Below the pieces are notes generated by a model that saw nothing but the letters and a program-made list of their open reading frames with translations, was not told the origin of the DNA and made no database searches. A DNA stretch of 64,000 nt from Candidatus Bathyarchaeia archaeon (GTDB lineage Archaea > Thermoproteota > Bathyarchaeia > Bathyarchaeales > Bathycorpusculaceae): contig DATKKK010000040.1 in NCBI GenBank assembly GCA_035542975.1, positions 13,857-77,856 of the forward strand, given 5' to 3'. Positions 62,907 to 64,000 of this stretch are shown here, in pieces. The position numbers and the translations under genes were made by a program. Each line of letters opens with the position of its first letter. Position 1 is the stretch's first letter.

Positions 62907-63559
62907 AACCGCCAGTTTTGATGAAAAAAGGAGCTGAAGCGAGCCTTTACCTTGCAGATTGGCATGGACGAAAAGTTGTCATTAAGAAACGTTTGCCTAA
63001 ACAGTATCGTCCGTCAGAGTTAGACACGCAGATTCGAACTTATCGGACAATCCATGAACCACAGTTGATGCATGAAGCAAAAGTGGCTGGCGTGCCCACA
63101 CCAACAATCTTCTTGGTAGACTTGAAAGACTCCAGCATAACCATGGAGTACGTGGAAGGGGAACAGATTAAGCGATTGCTGAATAAAGTTTCAAAAAACG
63201 AAAGACAACGGCTTTGCTTCAAGATTGGCGAATTAACAGGCAAGCTTCATGAATACGGCTTGATTCATGGTGACTTGACTACTTCAAACATGATTCTAAA
63301 CTCGGAAGGAAAAATCTTCTTCGTGGATTTTGGGCTTGGCGAAAAAAGTAAAGAGCTTGAAGCGAGAGGGGTTGATTTGCATCTCATGAAAAGGGCTTTG
63401 CAGAGCACGCATTTCCGTTTTGCAGATGAATGTTTTGACGCGGTGATGAAAGGGTACACTAGTGTTTTGAGAACAGAACCTTTGAGAAATGTTTTAGACA
63501 AGGTTAAGGAAATAGAGAAGAGAGGGCGTTATGTTGCTGAGAGGCGGGAAAAAGAATGA
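62894..63559 (+). CDS. bud32: Bud32 (Kae1-associated) atypical kinase
   Basis: ...GAEASLYLADWHGRKVVIKKRLPKQYR...LIHGDLTTSNMIL...FVDFGLG. Overlaps kae1 by 13 nt. Confidence 0.9.
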   Translation: MGEMKPPVLMKKGAEASLYLADWHGRKVVIKKRLPKQYRPSELDTQIRTYRTIHEPQLMHEAKVAGVPTPTIFLVDLKDSSITMEYVEGEQIKRLLNKVSKNERQRLCFKIGELTGKLHEYGLIHGDLTTSNMILNSEGKIFFVDFGLGEKSKELEARGVDLHLMKRALQSTHFRFADECFDAVMKGYTSVLRTEPLRNVLDKVKEIEKRGRYVAERREKE

Positions 63560-63616
63560 GTGAGACAGTTTGGCGCGTAGCTTCTTATGTTTTGGATCGA
63601 AGAAAGCGTGAGTAAA

Positions 63617-64000
63617 GATGAATTTTAAGCTTCAAGGTAAAGTCGTATTCTTTGCAACGAATAACATAAACAAATTTAATGAAGCTCGCAAAGTTTTGGC
63701 TGAATATAAAATCGCGGTAGGCATGCTTAGAGTTAAAGCTTTAGAGATTCAAAATGATGGCTTGAGAGAAATCGCGGAATCAAGCGTAATAGACGCGTTT
63801 AAAAAAGCCAAACTGCCTATTATCGTGGAAGATGCTGGGTTGTTTGTGGATGCGTTAGATGGTTTTCCTGGACCATACGCGGCTTATGTTTACAAGACCA
63901 TAGGCAACAAGGGCTTGCTTCGGCTTATGGAAAGGGTTGAAGATAGGAATGCAAGTTTCCATTCTGTGATAGCTTATTTTTCGAACGAGTTAGAGTCGCC
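63617..64000 (+). CDS. Non-canonical purine NTP pyrophosphatase (HAM1/RdgB/ITPase), 5' part; runs off the window end
   Basis: Own translation: MNFKLQGKVVFFATNNINKFNEARKVLAEYKIAVGMLRVKALEIQNDGLREIAESSVIDAFKKAKLPIIVEDAGLFVDALDGFPGPYAAYVYKTIG... Not in the track (open-ended). Confidence 0.8.

Noticed and set aside
1-64000. CRISPR arrays, rRNA genes, intact IS elements or transposases, and toxin-antitoxin or known defence cassettes.
   Set aside because: Reading through all spacers longer than 80 nt showed no regularly spaced repeats and no rRNA-like sequence. No ORF carried transposase, Cas, restriction or abortive-infection signatures. The only recombinase is the decayed fragment at 55589-55970.

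Overview
This 64-kb window is an archaeal chromosome segment. All calls rest on reading the supplied ORF translations and my own translation of selected stretches; no database search or folding was run, so family names are by-eye assignments. The archaeal call rests on eS17, eS25, eS26, uL3/uL4, a thermosome, RpoK, a histone, the proteasome beta subunit, unfused Kae1 and Bud32, RlmE and NadM. The gene content looks TACK/Bathyarchaeia-like, which is inference only. There is no rRNA, CRISPR array or intact transposase. The window is densely coding and consists mostly of housekeeping and central metabolism: pyrC, etfBA, an hdrACB-acyl-CoA dehydrogenase operon, NAD genes and a serine/glycerate module. 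Accessory patches sit at 14.4-31 kb (methyltransferases, membrane stress modules, a PerR-catalase-OsmC island) and 45-56 kb. The most unusual items follow.
1. A 2.2-kb integrated-element remnant lies at 53791-56010, bounded by perfect 20-nt direct repeats. It carries a decayed tyrosine recombinase and a secreted protein with cohesin-like modules and a dockerin-like tail, and it sits between the divergent ogt and psmB genes.
2. The same dockerin-like C-terminal module ends a 915-aa parallel-beta-helix surface protein 6 kb away.
3. An rpoK reading frame has no ATG/GTG/TTG start. It sits directly in frame behind the thermosome TAG stop and has an A7 run near its 5' end.
4. A zinc-ribbon gene is interrupted by two in-frame TGA codons.
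5. A 120-nt tRNA gene carries extra sequence that does not fit a canonical 37/38 intron.
6. There are several short repeat families in intergenic DNA, including (CG)4 tracts concentrated in spacers.
I did not find a recognisable multi-gene defence or secretion system.
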